Below are positions 27,501-42,500 of a stretch of DNA of 64,000 nucleotides, in pieces. Source of the stretch: Candidatus Chisholmbacteria bacterium (lineage in GTDB: Bacteria > Patescibacteriota > Microgenomatia > UBA1400 > Chisholmbacteraceae); NCBI GenBank assembly GCA_963704905.1, contig CAVPHZ010000001.1:579438-643437 (forward strand), read 5' to 3'. A program made the translations under genes and the position numbers. The notes below the pieces were generated by a model. It saw only the letters and a program-made list of their open reading frames with translations, had not been told where the DNA came from and did no database searches. Every line of letters starts with the position of its first letter. Position 1 is the first letter of the stretch.

Positions 27501-30500
27501 GGGCCATAGTTTTAATGTGAAGAAACGCTTCTGGCCGCTCATGACATCTGATAACTTGACAAAAAATGAGAAGTTCGAGTTTCTCTATCTCACTCCCTAC
27601 TATTTACAAGCTGCCTTTTTCCTGATTGGAACGATCAGTTGGCTTCTTTCTGAAACTCTATTTGCCGCTCGACTGCCATTTTGGACGACGGTGTGGGGCT
27701 GGTCACTGGTGTTCACCAACATGCTTTCTTTGCCGCTGATGAATGGCATTGGGCTATTTTTGGAAGAGGCCGAGGAACGTGACTTTTTAGGACTGTTTTC
27801 ATTTGTGCTGCTTTCCTACCTCTTGGTACCTTTTCAGGCCTACGCGTCGGTAAAGGGTTTTGTGCAAGATGAGGAGGGACCTTGGTTCCGGACACCAAAG
27901 AGCGGTAAGGTGACTGATATCCTGCGGCGGGGAAAATTTGCACGATTCTTACGCTACATTCTTCAACAGCAGTTTGCGTCTGCGAAGATGCAAGGGCGCT
28001 TGAGAGAAGGAGCGCTCGCTGCGTACCCTGTTCCAGCTTTTGCTATGGCACGGTCTTCAGCAAAACTGCCGATCGGAGGGTTTAGCATTAAACGAAGGCA
28101 GGCAAGATGGATAGGAAAACTGGTCATCAGTTTCATGCTGATTTTGACAACAACCCTGGTATCGTTTGCGCCTTATGTGCAGTCGCTTTCTAGTGTTGGG
28201 TTGCCGCCAACTGGATCAGGGGTGATTCTTAGTCCTGATATGTCATCTAAAGATAAACCTGTACCTACAAGTGAACGACGATCGAGTATTTCCCTTCCCA
28301 ATTTTGTGAATGAAGCGTTTGCTGCTGAAGAAGAGGGTGATGTTCTCGTGGTTGAGTATACGGGCGGTGTTCGAGTAACCAGTCCAAAGCATGACTTTAG
28401 CCGGGCAGAGACACCGCAGTTTGTGGTGGAAAGAAATGAGCCGTTCCTGCAGAACCTCTGGAAGGGTGTAAGACGCCTGTTTGGGAGAGCTGATGATACC
28501 GGAATGCAAATCAGACTTCGGGATAGTAAAGGTCAAGCTGTTGAAGATTTTGAAACCTCTGGGATGGGAGAGGATGTTTTTGATGTGAGATTGCCAACCG
28601 AGCTGCAGTATAAGCCTGGGAAATATCAGCTAGTGGTTGAGTATGACGGGAAAACCATAGAGCAGGACTTTACTTGGGGCGTGCTGGCGGTCAATACCAA
28701 TAAGTCGATTTATTTACCCGGTGATAGCGCTCAGTTGAGTATGGCAGTTTTGGATGATGAAGGGCGGATGGTCTGCAATGCGGACGTTACCCTGAAGGTT
28801 TCATTCCCATCCGGCGAGGTAGCGTATCGATCAACTGACGATGGGACGATTCAGGTGAACCGAGGTTGCTTGAAGCGGGAGATGATCTTGGAACCTGATT
28901 ATGAGACAGAGATAGAGGTAGGTGGAGTTGGTGTGTACCAGATGGAATTGACCGCAAAAACATTGGATGGTGAGCGTAAGGTTTATGATTCATTTGAAGT
29001 GAAAGAATCAGTCCTGTTTGATGTAGAACGAGATAGTGCGACTAGGATTTATCCTAAGGAAATTTATCCAGTAACTATAAACATTACTGCGAACCAAAAT
29101 TTTACTGGTCAGGTTATCGAGACAGTTCCAGAGGGATTTCGAATCGCAGAGAATGAAGAGTACAGATTACAACAACTTGAGAATGGAAGAACTGAGATCA
29201 TCTGGGATGTTGACTGGCGGACGGGTGATCAGGTGACGATTGCGTATCCTTATAACGCTCCTAATCGTAGTCCGGATTTTTATCTTGTAGGTCCACTACG
29301 AATTGAGAATAACGGTGAAGAAGTGTTTTCTGAAGCTCGTCGATGGCAGATTGCGGCTGACTGGACTACTGAGATTCCTCACACGAGCTTATTTACCGAA
29401 ACCGATGATACCGGAGCCAATACGACGGTCGATGTGTATGAGGACGTTGATAATACTACGATTTCGCATGCAACATTGAATGGTGACGGATTTGGTGATA
29501 CAGAACAAGTGTTACTGATTGCTAACGTCAACTTCGATGGGAACGATGCTAACGCGGTCTATGGATTTCGGATTGCCGATACGGCTGGGAATCCCGTTGC
29601 TAACACAACAGTTCGCAGGGAAGTGCGTACGGCTGACGACAGGCAAGAAATACAACGGATTATGACACGCACAAATAAGGTATCGGGTGAGGGATTTGTA
29701 CTGCAAAAAGCCTTCCATACAGCGGGACAAACGACACCGAACATTTTAAAAGCATCGATTGTCGTTTTGGGACTCGGGAATCTTACCGAAAATGTTGACT
29801 ATGTTTATGATGATGATACCTCTACGACAGCGCTTTCAACGACAGCGGCAACCTTTGCAACCATTACTACGCCAGCGAGTGATAACCGCTGGCAAGGGGA
29901 TGTCTTGGTGATGGACCATTGGAAGGCAGACGGGAATACAACCAGTCAGTCACTTCAGCACGGATTACGACGGGATACTGATTCATTGGTGAATATTACA
30001 AGACAAGAAGGCGAAGATTCGAACGATCTCTATGGAGGCGGTTCGATTTACGTGTACAACAACGCCGATACCAGCGCGCATACCTATGACGTGCGGATGT
30101 ACACCTCGGCTGGCACTAGTTTTTCCCATAACTACAGTTCGATTATCGCCTTCCGGGCGAGCTTGTTTGAGGATTTTGAGTGGAACAATACCGATACGGA
30201 AAGCATTCCTGGAGATACCAATTTCAATGAAATGGCAGGGATTACTCCATTCAGCCCGCAAAATAGCGGGGAATTTGTGGTGATGGGATTTGCGGTTGGG
30301 GAGAGCAACGCTGTTGCTAATAGCGATGATGTTCGAATTCGGCTACAGGTCGACGGGACGAATGTGCCTTCCGGATATGATGATAGCACGAATGGAACAA
30401 TGCTTGAGGACCCAGACGATCTGTATGGAATTAACTTGGCATCTTTGGAGACCTTCGATACATCATCGAAAGATATCGATATGGATGCTGCAACTGATGT

Positions 30501-33500
30501 GACGACGGTAGGATTTTCTTACCGTACATTAGTCGCATTCTCAATGGGGCTTGCGCCTACGATAAGTATCTCCGGTTCTTGTGACCAATATGACCGAAGT
30601 ACGGACTGTGTGGATGATGGAAGCAATGAAATACGGGTGGCAGTTGACGGTGTGCTACAGGGTCAGTCAGATACCGTAGTCGATGGTGCATGGAGTATTA
30701 CTGGTGTGCCAACGCCAGCTGGTGGTGCTGTAATTACGGTGTTTATTAATGGTGAAACGACTGCAAGTGAGCGAGCGACGACGGTTACAGAATACTCAGG
30801 TGTTGGAAATATAACAGCGGTTCCTCTTTATCAGCGGCACTTGGTCATTGGGAGCGATCAGGACCAGACAACAACCAATACCGACCTCCAACAATACGAC
30901 TACTCAGCCAGCGGCAATGATGTTGATGTTATCTATGACGTTAACAATGCTACCAATGATCTTACTGTTGATAACCTTGGAAGCTACAGCGATGAAACAC
31001 TCCTCATTCTTTCAGGAGATACCTACATACCTGACAGTGGTAGTAGTGGAAATGTAGCAACTCATGACTTTGAAACCAGCGGAACCGTGACTGCAGATGG
31101 GAATGCGTTTACCGTCAGTGGTTCATGGGATAACAACAGCGTGTTTACTGCCAATACTTCTACTGTCAGCATGACTGCAACCAGTGGAACAGAAACCATT
31201 GATTCGACAGGAGCAAGTACTGCAGCTTTCAACACCCTCAACCTGGGATCAGGATCAGGAACTGCAACCTGGAACATAGGCAGTGCTTTGGATGTGGATG
31301 GAGCGTTGACCATTGATTGGGGAACCTTGGATATGAATGGTGCCAATAACATCAACCTGGCAAATAACCTTACTATCAATGCCAATGGAAACTATACGAG
31401 CGGAACCGGAACCGTCACCTTTGATGGATCTGGAACCAACACCTGGACTGATAACCGAGCCACTAAAGCCAATATGGGAACGGTAAGCATCAATGGAACC
31501 AGCAAGACGATCAACTTTGGATCATCTGTGACTGCAGCCAGTGTGAATGTGGCTGGATCGCAAACACTGGGACTGGGCTCAAGCGGGTATACGCTTACGC
31601 TAACCGGCACGGGAACTCCATTTACCGTAACCGGAACCCTGGATGAAGGGACTGATTCGACTGTTGTATATACAGGGAATGGTGTGACGACCATAGTTGC
31701 CGAAACATATGACAATTTGTCAGTTCACCCTGGAGGAACGGTTACCCACACATTGGCTGCTGGTACTTTCAATATAAATGGAGACTTTTCGGTCGGGGAT
31801 GGGACGAATACTGGAACGATCCAAGCAAATACCAATGATCCGGCGATTACTATTTCTGGATCAATGACGATCAATGCGAATGCGACGTACGAGGCAGCGA
31901 GCCTTGTTGCGAATGACTTGACAATTGGAAATGACTTTACGAACAATGGAACCTTTACCCACAATAGCGGAAGTATTGTGTTCAATGATGCGAGCAATAC
32001 TTCGACCCTTCTTTACTCTGGAACAACCACCTTTGGAACGTTTGAGGTGACTACTGATTCGAAAGCCATTGAATTTGATAATGTCGATCAAACAACGATT
32101 GTTGATGCGTTTACCATCAATGGCCAAGCGTGTGGGACAAAGATCACCATCAACTCTGATACGGGTGCAGCGCAGTTTGAGATTCAGACGAGTGGGGCTA
32201 CAGTCAGTGTAACGTACGCTGACATTCAATACTCCAATGCGCTGACGGCGATGAGTGCAACGAACTCGGCGAATAGCGGAAATAACACAGGATGGACGAT
32301 CACGGAGGACACATGCGCATCGATGAGCTTGAGTGGTAATGTCTATAATTTTGGGACCTCAACTGCTCTAACAGAGTGTGATGCGAGCGGTGCGACATTT
32401 GAGCTACGACTTCGAATTCAAACCACCACATATTCAGCAAGCTGCAGCAATACTGATGGATCTTATACCTTTACCGGGATTTCTATTCCAACGGTTGGAG
32501 ATGGAATGGTACTTTGGATTGATGATGCAGAGGTACCAGAGACTGATGGGGCCTTAGTCGTTAGATTTGATGGGGTCCAACCTTCACCTAACAACACTTT
32601 CTATGACGATGCTGTTACTGTCACCAGTGATGACACCAATCCAGTGGATATCCTTCATATGAATGTGTATGACAATGGCCAAGATAGCGATATTCCCTAT
32701 ACCGCGACCGATGCTTCTCCTGATACTCTGGTGGTTAACAGCGGATATGAATTTTTAGTACAACTGAAGAGCGGAGTGGCTTCTGGCTCTACAGTCTTCC
32801 AACCCAATGGAACGGTGACTACCAATGCCACTGGAGGGGATTTCCACATTGATGACAATGCAACCGCTTTTCTTGATACCGATACCAATACCATTGGAAG
32901 AGACATTTTGATTGATGGAGGAGCACGGCTCAACATTGATGGCGACACTAATGTAAATGGCGGAGACATTACCATGAGTGGAACGAGTCCACGGATTGAT
33001 ACAACAGCAGGGACACCAACCGTGACGATGACTTCCACAGGATCGATTGGTGGAGGAACCACGCCTACAACAACGTTTCACAACTTGGCTACAACCGGAA
33101 CCGGAACCACCACTGTAACCAATTCCACTACCACCAATGGGGATGTGACCGTGGGAACGGGAACCACCTTTACTGTGAATGCAGACCTTACTGTCAATGG
33201 AGGGGACTTTACCAATACCACCACAGGAGTGATTAACACCACTTCAGGCACACCCACAGTCACGATGAGTGGAACAGGTAATCTAGGAGGAGGATCAGGA
33301 TCAGTTACCCTTTTTGATCTGACTACATCTGGAAGTGGAACCACCACCATTGCTTCTACTGTTACCACCAACAATGATGTCTCAGTAGGAGCTGGAACTA
33401 CACTTAGGATAAACAACAACTTGAACATTGATGGAGGAGACTTAACAACCACAAGCACTGGAATCATTGATTACACCAGTGGAATACCAACTGTTGATCT

Positions 33501-36500
33501 CGATGGTACTGGTACCTTGGGAGGAGGAAGTGGTTCCATTACTCTCTACACTCTTGATCTTGGAGATACCACTACTGACACCACCACGCTTTCTTCCACC
33601 ATTGCTGCTGATAATCAAATCATCATTAACACCAATCAGACATTCACGGTAGGGAGCAACAATGTGACGGTTGGATCATCAAGTGTGACTGACTCTGGAA
33701 ACATTTCAAACTCTGGAACTTACACCCAAACGGGAGGAACAACCACCATTCAATCATCTGATACCAGCACAGCACCAACAATTGGTGGAAGCGGGACGAG
33801 TACGTTTAACAACCTCGATATTGGTCCGACGACTGCTGACAATCTTACGTACACTTTTAATACAGCTGGCGATATTACTGTTTCAAATTTATTAACCATT
33901 CAAGATGCGGGTGGGGCTGACACGCACACATTGGATGGCCAGAATGACACCATATCTTTACCAGCAAGTGGAACGCCGTTTGTGGTTGATAGCAATGCGG
34001 TGTTCTCAGCAAATACATCAACAGTTTCTTACACTGGGACGAGTGCGACGAGCGTTGCAAGCACAACGTATTACACACTTAATATTGGAACGACTGCCAA
34101 CAGTAGCACTCTAACATATACACTGCTAGGAGATACGGGCGTAGATAATGTTTTAACTATTGGTGCGAGCTCCGGTACAGGGGTGCATACGCTTGATGCC
34201 TCCTCATTTAGTCTCACCATGGGTGGTGCAGGAACACCTCTGGTAATTAATAGTCAAGGACTCTTTGATGAGTCTACCTCTACAGTCAACTTTACCGGTG
34301 ATGGTGCAACGACGGTAAACGCACGGGCGTACTACAATTTGGAGATTGGTAATGACGGATCGCTGGGTGCTGGTCGGACGTATACTTCAGCGGCTGGCAC
34401 AATTACCATCGCTTCTAATCTGGCAGTTGGTGCACCAACAGGCTCGTTCACCCATATCTTTGACGTTAATACCAATGACACGACGATAACAGTCAGTGAT
34501 TCAGTCACCATAACTTCGTTAGGTAATTACTCGGCTTCTTCGAATGTTTCCAATCCCTTGACGATTGCAAATGACTTTACAAATAATGGGACGTTTACTC
34601 ATAACAGTGGATTGGTTGTGTTTGATACTGCTGCAAATATTTCAACACTAACATACAGCGGGAACACGACGTTTAACGATCTTTCTATGACAACTGTTGG
34701 TAAGCCGATGTCGTTTGATGCTGCACAGCAAACTATTATCGCTGGGACGTTCACGATTACAGGTGCAAGCTGCGGAAATTTGACGCCACTTTCCTCTGAG
34801 ACATCTGGAAATCAGTGGGACATTGATATTCAAGGGTCAGCTGCAGTGACTTTTGTATATATTACCGATTCAAACGCGATCACTTCTGCCAGCGCAAGCA
34901 ACTCAACCGATGGTGGAAACAACACTGGTTGGAATATTTCAAAAGGCAGTTGTGCCAGTAGCGTGACGGGAGAAGTTGCAATTTATCGTGAAGACACTGG
35001 GCTTGAAGATGTCTCTGATACCACTCAGTTCGATCATCAGTGGGATACCATTGTGACTGAAGGTGCAAGTTTTGATCTTAATGACACTGGGGGTAGTCCC
35101 GATTATGCTTCAGTAGATCTGGCGGATGCTGGGCACTACTTGGTGCTGTATAACGCTGGTTGGCAGAGAGTAGATACCACTGATACTCGTACAGAAACGC
35201 AAGCTTGGATAGATTTGGCTGGAACCGATATCCAATATGGTAGGAGTACTTGTTACATAAGGAGTAGTGGAAATGCGAATGAATGTTGGCAATCTGGAGC
35301 TGCCATAATCAATGCCACAGCAGGTCAAGACATAAAGATAGAAGGGCAACGAACGGATAGTAGTACATTTACTCAAGAGAGGACGGCTCAGGAGGCTGGA
35401 TTACAGCTTATCAAACTCGATGATACATGGGGATATGCACGTATTCATGAGAATACAGGCGGGCAAAGTTTCAATACTAACGGTGGATATGATGCTGTTA
35501 CTTGGGATGACAATACAGATGAACTTGATGCCGGATTTTTTGCTCATAGTTCGAGCACTAATTCAGAAGAAATCACACTGAAGCTCGATGGACACTATTT
35601 AGTATCTGCAAATGTCATGCTTCAGTCAGATAGCACCACATATCGGAGGAATCGTGATATGCGATTGACTCTTGGTGACGGAACTACTCAGACAGAGATA
35701 GAAGGTACAAGAGTTACTTCATACATGAGAGGAAGTAATGGTGCTCAGGATCATGTTGCAAGTTTTGTCGGAATCATCAATGCTAGTGCTGGTGATGTGC
35801 TTGAGTTAGAAATTGGTTGTATTCGCAATGAAGACACCACGAATTCATGTGCTGGAGTGACGAATATTGGTAATCAGTCTGGTATTACTATAGCAAAGCT
35901 TCCAGATAGTGCTGACTATGTGAGGATACACGATGACGCTGTTCAAGACATTGATGATGCGACTCCGGCTCCTATACTTTGGGAAGACTCTGGAGAAGAA
36001 GAAGAGGATGCTGGATCATTCTCCCACTCTGGTGGATCCTCTCAGGTCAATATTGATTACAGCTCCAGTGCTGATTATCTGTTCTTCAGTAATCAATATG
36101 CAGATCGGACCAGTGATACTAATGGTACTCGAGCTTATCCACATTGGAACTGGAGAACTAGTGGATCATCGACTCTGCAGTACGGTAGCTTTGGAAAATA
36201 TAATCGGGGCGATAATGGGAGTACGGGAACATGGACTTCAGGAAACTCAGGTGGAGCGATACTGCTTGGATTAACAAGTTCTGATTATGTTGAAACCCTC
36301 AATACGGAAGAAGCTAATGGTGCGACTGACACAGCTGGTGAGTTTCAGGTCAACCGTTCCGCGATCCAAGGTGTGAATCTTAATACTCTTCTCCAAGCAT
36401 TTATTGATATTACAGGAACTTGTGATCAATACGATCGTAGTACTGATTGTGTGGATGATGGGAGCAATGAGATACGCGTAGCGTTTGATGGGGTATTGCA

Positions 36501-39500
36501 AACATCTCTCGATTCAGCTGTGGATGGGGCCTGGCAAATAAGCGGTTTGACTGCGCCTTCAACTGGAGCGGTCATGACTGTGTTTATCAATGGCGAAACA
36601 ACGGCGAGTGAGCGGGCGACAGCTGTGACGACCTACTCTGGATCTGGATCTGTTGGAAGTGTGACACTCTATCAACGTCACCTGACAATAGGATCAGATC
36701 AAGATCAAGAGGTTACAAATACCAACCTCCAACAATACGACTACTCAGCCAGCGGTAACGATGTGGACGTGATCTATGACGTTGCTGATGCCACCAATGA
36801 CCTGACGGTTGATAATCTTGGAAATTATACGGATGAAGTTTTGTTGGTGTTGGCTGGAGACACCTACCGGCCTGATAGCGCCAGCAGTGGGAATGTAGCT
36901 ACACATGACCTTGAAACTTCTGGAACGGTTACAGCTGATGGAAATACGTTTACCGTGAGTGGTTCATGGGACAACAATGATGTCTTTACCGCAAATACTT
37001 CAACGGTAACGATGACAGCTACAAGTGGGACGGAGTCCATTGATTCCTCTGGAGCAAGTACTGCTACCTTCAATACTCTTAATCTAGGTTCTGGTTCAGG
37101 AACAGCTACTTGGAATATGGGGAGTGCATTGGATGTTGATGGAGCTCTGACCATTGATTGGGGAACCTTAGATATGAATGGTGCCAATAACATTACTTTG
37201 GCTAATAACCTGACTATCAATAGCAACGGTTCATATACAAAAGGTACAAGCACAATCACTTTTGATGGATCAGGGACGAATACATGGACTGACAATAATT
37301 CGACAAAAGTGGATATGGGAGCAGTGAGTATCAATGGTTCAAGTAAGATAATTAATTTAGGTTCATCGGTAAATGCGACAAGCGTGGATGTTGCCGCTTC
37401 ACAAACCCTCGGACTGGCATCGTCGGGATATTCGCTTACTTTACTAGGCTCTGGTACGGCTGGGTCGCGGCCGTTTATTGTGAGCGGTAATTTAGACGAG
37501 GGAACCAACTCCTTAGTAACATATGCTGGAACAGCGGCGACAGACATTCAAGCGGAGACGTATCATGACCTGACGCTTGCACCGAGTGCAGCTGGAGGAC
37601 CAAGCTTCCGACTTGGAACTGCTTCTAGTCAGACGATCGATGTCGATGGAGATTTGGTTGTGGGAGATGGGACCAATGCGGTTACTATTCTTGCAAATAC
37701 CTTTGATCCTACCATCAATTTGGCCGAAGATTTGACACTTAACGCCAACTCCACGTGGACGAAGTCGCCTACGGCAACGCTCACCTTTAACTCGACTACG
37801 ACACCGGTCACATGGACTGACAATAATAGTACTAAGCAAGACATTGGTATCGTTTCGATTGATGGACCAAAAGAGGTTGATCTGGGTACGTCAGTTACTG
37901 CAACTACTATCAATGTAACGGGTGGAGATACTTTAGATCTACAGTCTTTAGGATATGTTTTGCAAATTACCGGTTCGGGAACGGGTGGGTCACGGCCATT
38001 GATTGTCGCCGGAACACTGAGTGAAGGAATCGATTCATTGGTTGAATTTGTTGGTACTTCAGCTACTGATATTGAAGCTGAGATCTATCACGATCTGGAA
38101 GCTGATCAGTCAGGGACTACGTTTACTGCTTTTGGAAATATTGAAGCGAGTGGAGTTTTGACTATTCAGAATGGGACGTATGATGGCTCAAGCTTCACGA
38201 CGACACTGTCTGGTACCGGGACGCCGTTTGTCATCAATGATACTTTTACCCCATCAACATCAACTATTTCTTATACAGGTAATGGGGCAACGACAATCAC
38301 AAGTACCACCTATTACACACTTAGTGTCGGGACGAGCAATTCAGCAAATATTACTTACTCTGCAGGCGGAGCGTTGGTTGTGAATAATCAGTTAAACCTG
38401 CAGTCCGCAGCTGCGACGTTTAACAATACACTCAGTGTGGGAGCCAATGATTTGACCGTCGGGCTAAGCGGAGTGACGAATAGCGGAGGAATTAGTGTTC
38501 CTTTACGAAGTAGTTTGACACAGTCTGCATCAGCTACAACGTCTATCAGGTCTTCCTCTGGTGGATCGGCAAGCATAGGAGGAGATGGGAGCATACAGTT
38601 TTTCAACCTGACATTTGATCCTTCAGTTGCCAGCGCACCGACGTTTACTTTGGGAAATGGTGCAAGTCAGACGATAGATGTTGACAGGAATTTGACGGTA
38701 GGGAATGGGACAAATCCGGTAATTATCCAGTGGGAGACGAATGATCCAACGCTTACTGTGGGTGGAAATTTATTGCTTTCCAATAATTCCACATGGACAA
38801 AGTCTACGACTGCAACGTTAACCTTTGATGGTGCTACCACGCCAGTGACGTGGACAGACAACAATGGAACTAAACAGGACTTAGGTGATGTGTCGATTGA
38901 TGGACCAAAAGAAGTTGATATTGGAGGTTCAGTCACTGCAACAAGTGTTGATGTAACGGGTGGAGATACGCTTGATCTTCAATCTTTGGGATATACATTA
39001 TCACTTACTGGAACTGGAACTCCGTTTACCGTGGGAGGTACATTAAGCGAAGGTACTGACTCGACCGTTCGTTACATTGGTAATGGTTCGACTAATATAA
39101 CAGCTGAGACGTATGACAAGCTTTCGATTCATCCGGGCGGTACGGTCACTCATACAATTCAAACCGGTACGCTCACTGTGAATGGCGATCTTTCGATTGG
39201 AGACGGCAGTAATACCGGGACAATAGAGGCGAACACCAATGATCCGACTATAACGGTTGCCGGATCGATGACGATCAATGCCAATGGAATCTACCAGGCC
39301 TCAAGCAACACCCTCAATCCCCTCACTATTGGTGATGACTTCACCAACAATGGTACTTTCACCCACAACTCCGGACGGATTGTGTTTAATGACTCCGGAA
39401 ACACCTCAACCCTTCTATATGCCGGGAACACCACCTTTGGTGCCTTTGATGTCACCTCTGCCAGCAAGGCTATGGCATTTGACAGTGCTGATCAGACCAT

Positions 39501-42500
39501 CATTACTGGAGCCTTAACGATCAACGGTGCTGCCTGCGGTACTCCCATTACCCTTTCTTCTGCCACCGGCGGTAACCAATGGGATGTTGATGCTCAAGGA
39601 AGTGTGAGTGTTGATTATGTCACTCTTACTGACAGCAATGCGATTACTGCAGTGAGCGCTACCAACAGCACCAGCGGAGGCAACAACAGCAACTGGACCA
39701 TTGATGGAGGAACTTGTGCTGATAACTGGGAAGGGATTGCCTATACCAATGATGATGAAGCCACCCCACTCTCAGCTGTCTCTGTGTGCGCGGTGGTCAA
39801 TAGTGGAACACCGGTGTGTGAAACCACCAATGGGAGTGGCGTATTTACCATTGTTTCCCAAGATGCCAGTGCCACTGACCAACTCACCTTCTTTGTTGAC
39901 GGAGGAGTTGATGTGGGGAATACGGTCACCATTTCAGATGGAGGAGACATCACTACTGGAGATAATCTGCGTCTCTATGAAGATCATGTGACTCTCCGGC
40001 ATGAACAAGGAACCGATATCTCGATTGTTGACCTTGATGCCTATGACAATGATCAGAACAGCACCGACATGCTCTATGATGCTGAAGACCTGGCTACGGA
40101 CACCCTTGTCATAGAATCTGGCTATGAACTGTTTATCTACAACAGTTACACCTTTGACGCTGATGGAACGGTGACTACCCAAGGAGCTGGTGGGAACCTG
40201 CAAGTTGATAACAGTGCCACTGCCATTCTGGATACCACCTCCAATACCATTGCTAGTGACCTGATCATTGACTCGGGAGCCACCTGTACCATCAATGGAG
40301 ATACTTCCATTAATGGAGGAGATATCACTATGAGTGGAACCAGCCCAGTTCTCAATACTACTGCAGGAACACCAACCGTGACCATGAGTTCAACAGGCTC
40401 CATTGATGGAGGAACCACGCCAAGCATTACCTTCTATGACTTAGCAACAACAGGAACAGGAACTACCACCATTGCCAACGCAACAACGGTGAACAACGAT
40501 GTCTCTGTTGGAACAGGAACCACTCTAAGAGTGAATGCCAACCTGAACATTGATGGTGGAGATCTGACTACGACAACCACAGGAAGTATTGATTACACAT
40601 CAGGAACACCAACGGTTGATATTGATGGAACAGGAACTCTGGGAGGCGGGTCAGGATCCATCACTTTCTATACCCTCGACCTGGGAGATGGGACGACTGA
40701 TACTACGACGCTTTCATCTAATATATCTGTTGATAACAGTATTACTGTTAATGCTAGTCAGACTTTGAATATTTCTAGTAATGATGTGACTGTGGGATCT
40801 TCATCTGTTACTGATTCAGGTTCAATTAATGTGAGCGGGATTTATAGCCAGAGTGGGGGAACTACTACCGTTCAGTCTTCCGATACATCAACGGCTCCGG
40901 TGATTGGAGGGAGTGGGACTAGTACTTTTTACAATTTAGATATCGGACCAAGCACAGCCGACAATCTGACCTACACGTTTGATACGGCTTCGGATATCAA
41001 TGTTTCCAGTATTTTGACAATTCAAGATGCAGGTGGTGCTGACACTCATACACTTGATGTTCAGAATGATACGGTAACCTTGTTTGGTTCTGGTACACCC
41101 TTTGTAGTGGATAGCAATGCAATTTTCAACGAGAACACTTCGACTGTCAGTTATACAGGGGCGAGTGCTACAAATGTGACAGCGGAAACGTATTACAACC
41201 TTAATATTGGAACTACTGCAAATAGTAGTAATGTTACGTATACCTTGGCAGGGGATACCACGGTTAGCAATATTTTGACGATAGGAGCAAGCAGTGGAAC
41301 GGGTACGCATACGTTGGACGGTTCCAATAGAACAGTCATGCTTTCCGGCACAGGCACTCCGTTAGTGATCAACAGCCAGGGAGACTACGAAGAATCGACT
41401 TCAACCGTAAACTACACTGGGGATGGGGCGACGAACGTTACAGTAAATGGATACTACCATCTCGAAATAGGAAATAATGGATCACTGGGAGCTGATAGAA
41501 CGTATACATCTGCTGGCGGAACGGTCACCGTAGGAGGAAATCTGACTGTCGGAGCACCGAGCGGAGTCAGGACGCACACACTTGAAGTCAATACGAATGA
41601 CACTACAGTTGCGATAACCGGATCTTTAGCGATAACGACGCTGGGAATCTATTCGGCTTCCTCAAACACTGCCAATCCGCTAACAATCGGAAACGATTTT
41701 ACTAATAACGGTACCTTCACGCATAACAGTGGGAGAATTATCTTTAATGATGTGTCACAAACATCAACACTTCTTTATAGCGGGACGACAATATTTTCAA
41801 CCTTTGAAGTGACGACGGCTGGGAAGTTTATGGAGTTTGATAATGTTGATCAGACTACGATCACGGCAGCCGTCACAATAGATGGACAGGGTTGCGGGTC
41901 TCTGGTTGAGATTAATTCGGATACGGGTGCGGCGCAATTTGAGATTCAAACCAGCGGGGCGACGGTGAGCATTGATCGGGCACGGATCCAATGGTCCAAT
42001 GCTTTGACGGCGATGACGGCTAACGACTCTAAGGATGGAGGGAATAATACCGGGTGGACGATCAACGAAGGGGCGTGTGCTGACATGGAGGTCACAGGTT
42101 TTGTGTATGATTTCGGAACTTCGACGGCGCTCACTGAGTGCGACGGAAGCGGAGCGACGTTTGAACTGCGACTTCGGGTGTTGACCACAACTTATTCAGC
42201 CAGTTGCAGTGCTGCAGACGGATCGTATACGTTTTCTGGGGTGGTTATTCCCTCTACCGGTGATGGGTTGGTCGTCTGGATTGATGATGTGGAGGCACCG
42301 GAAACTGATGGAGCACTGGTCACCAGGTTTGATGGGACGAAGCCATCTAGCGATAACGTGTTTTATGACGATGCGGTAACGGTGACCAGCGATGATACGA
42401 ATCCTGCGGACATCATTGACATGGATGTGTATGACAACGGAGACGATTCGGATATACCCTATTCGGCAACCGACGCGGCGACCGACACCTTAGTTGTCAA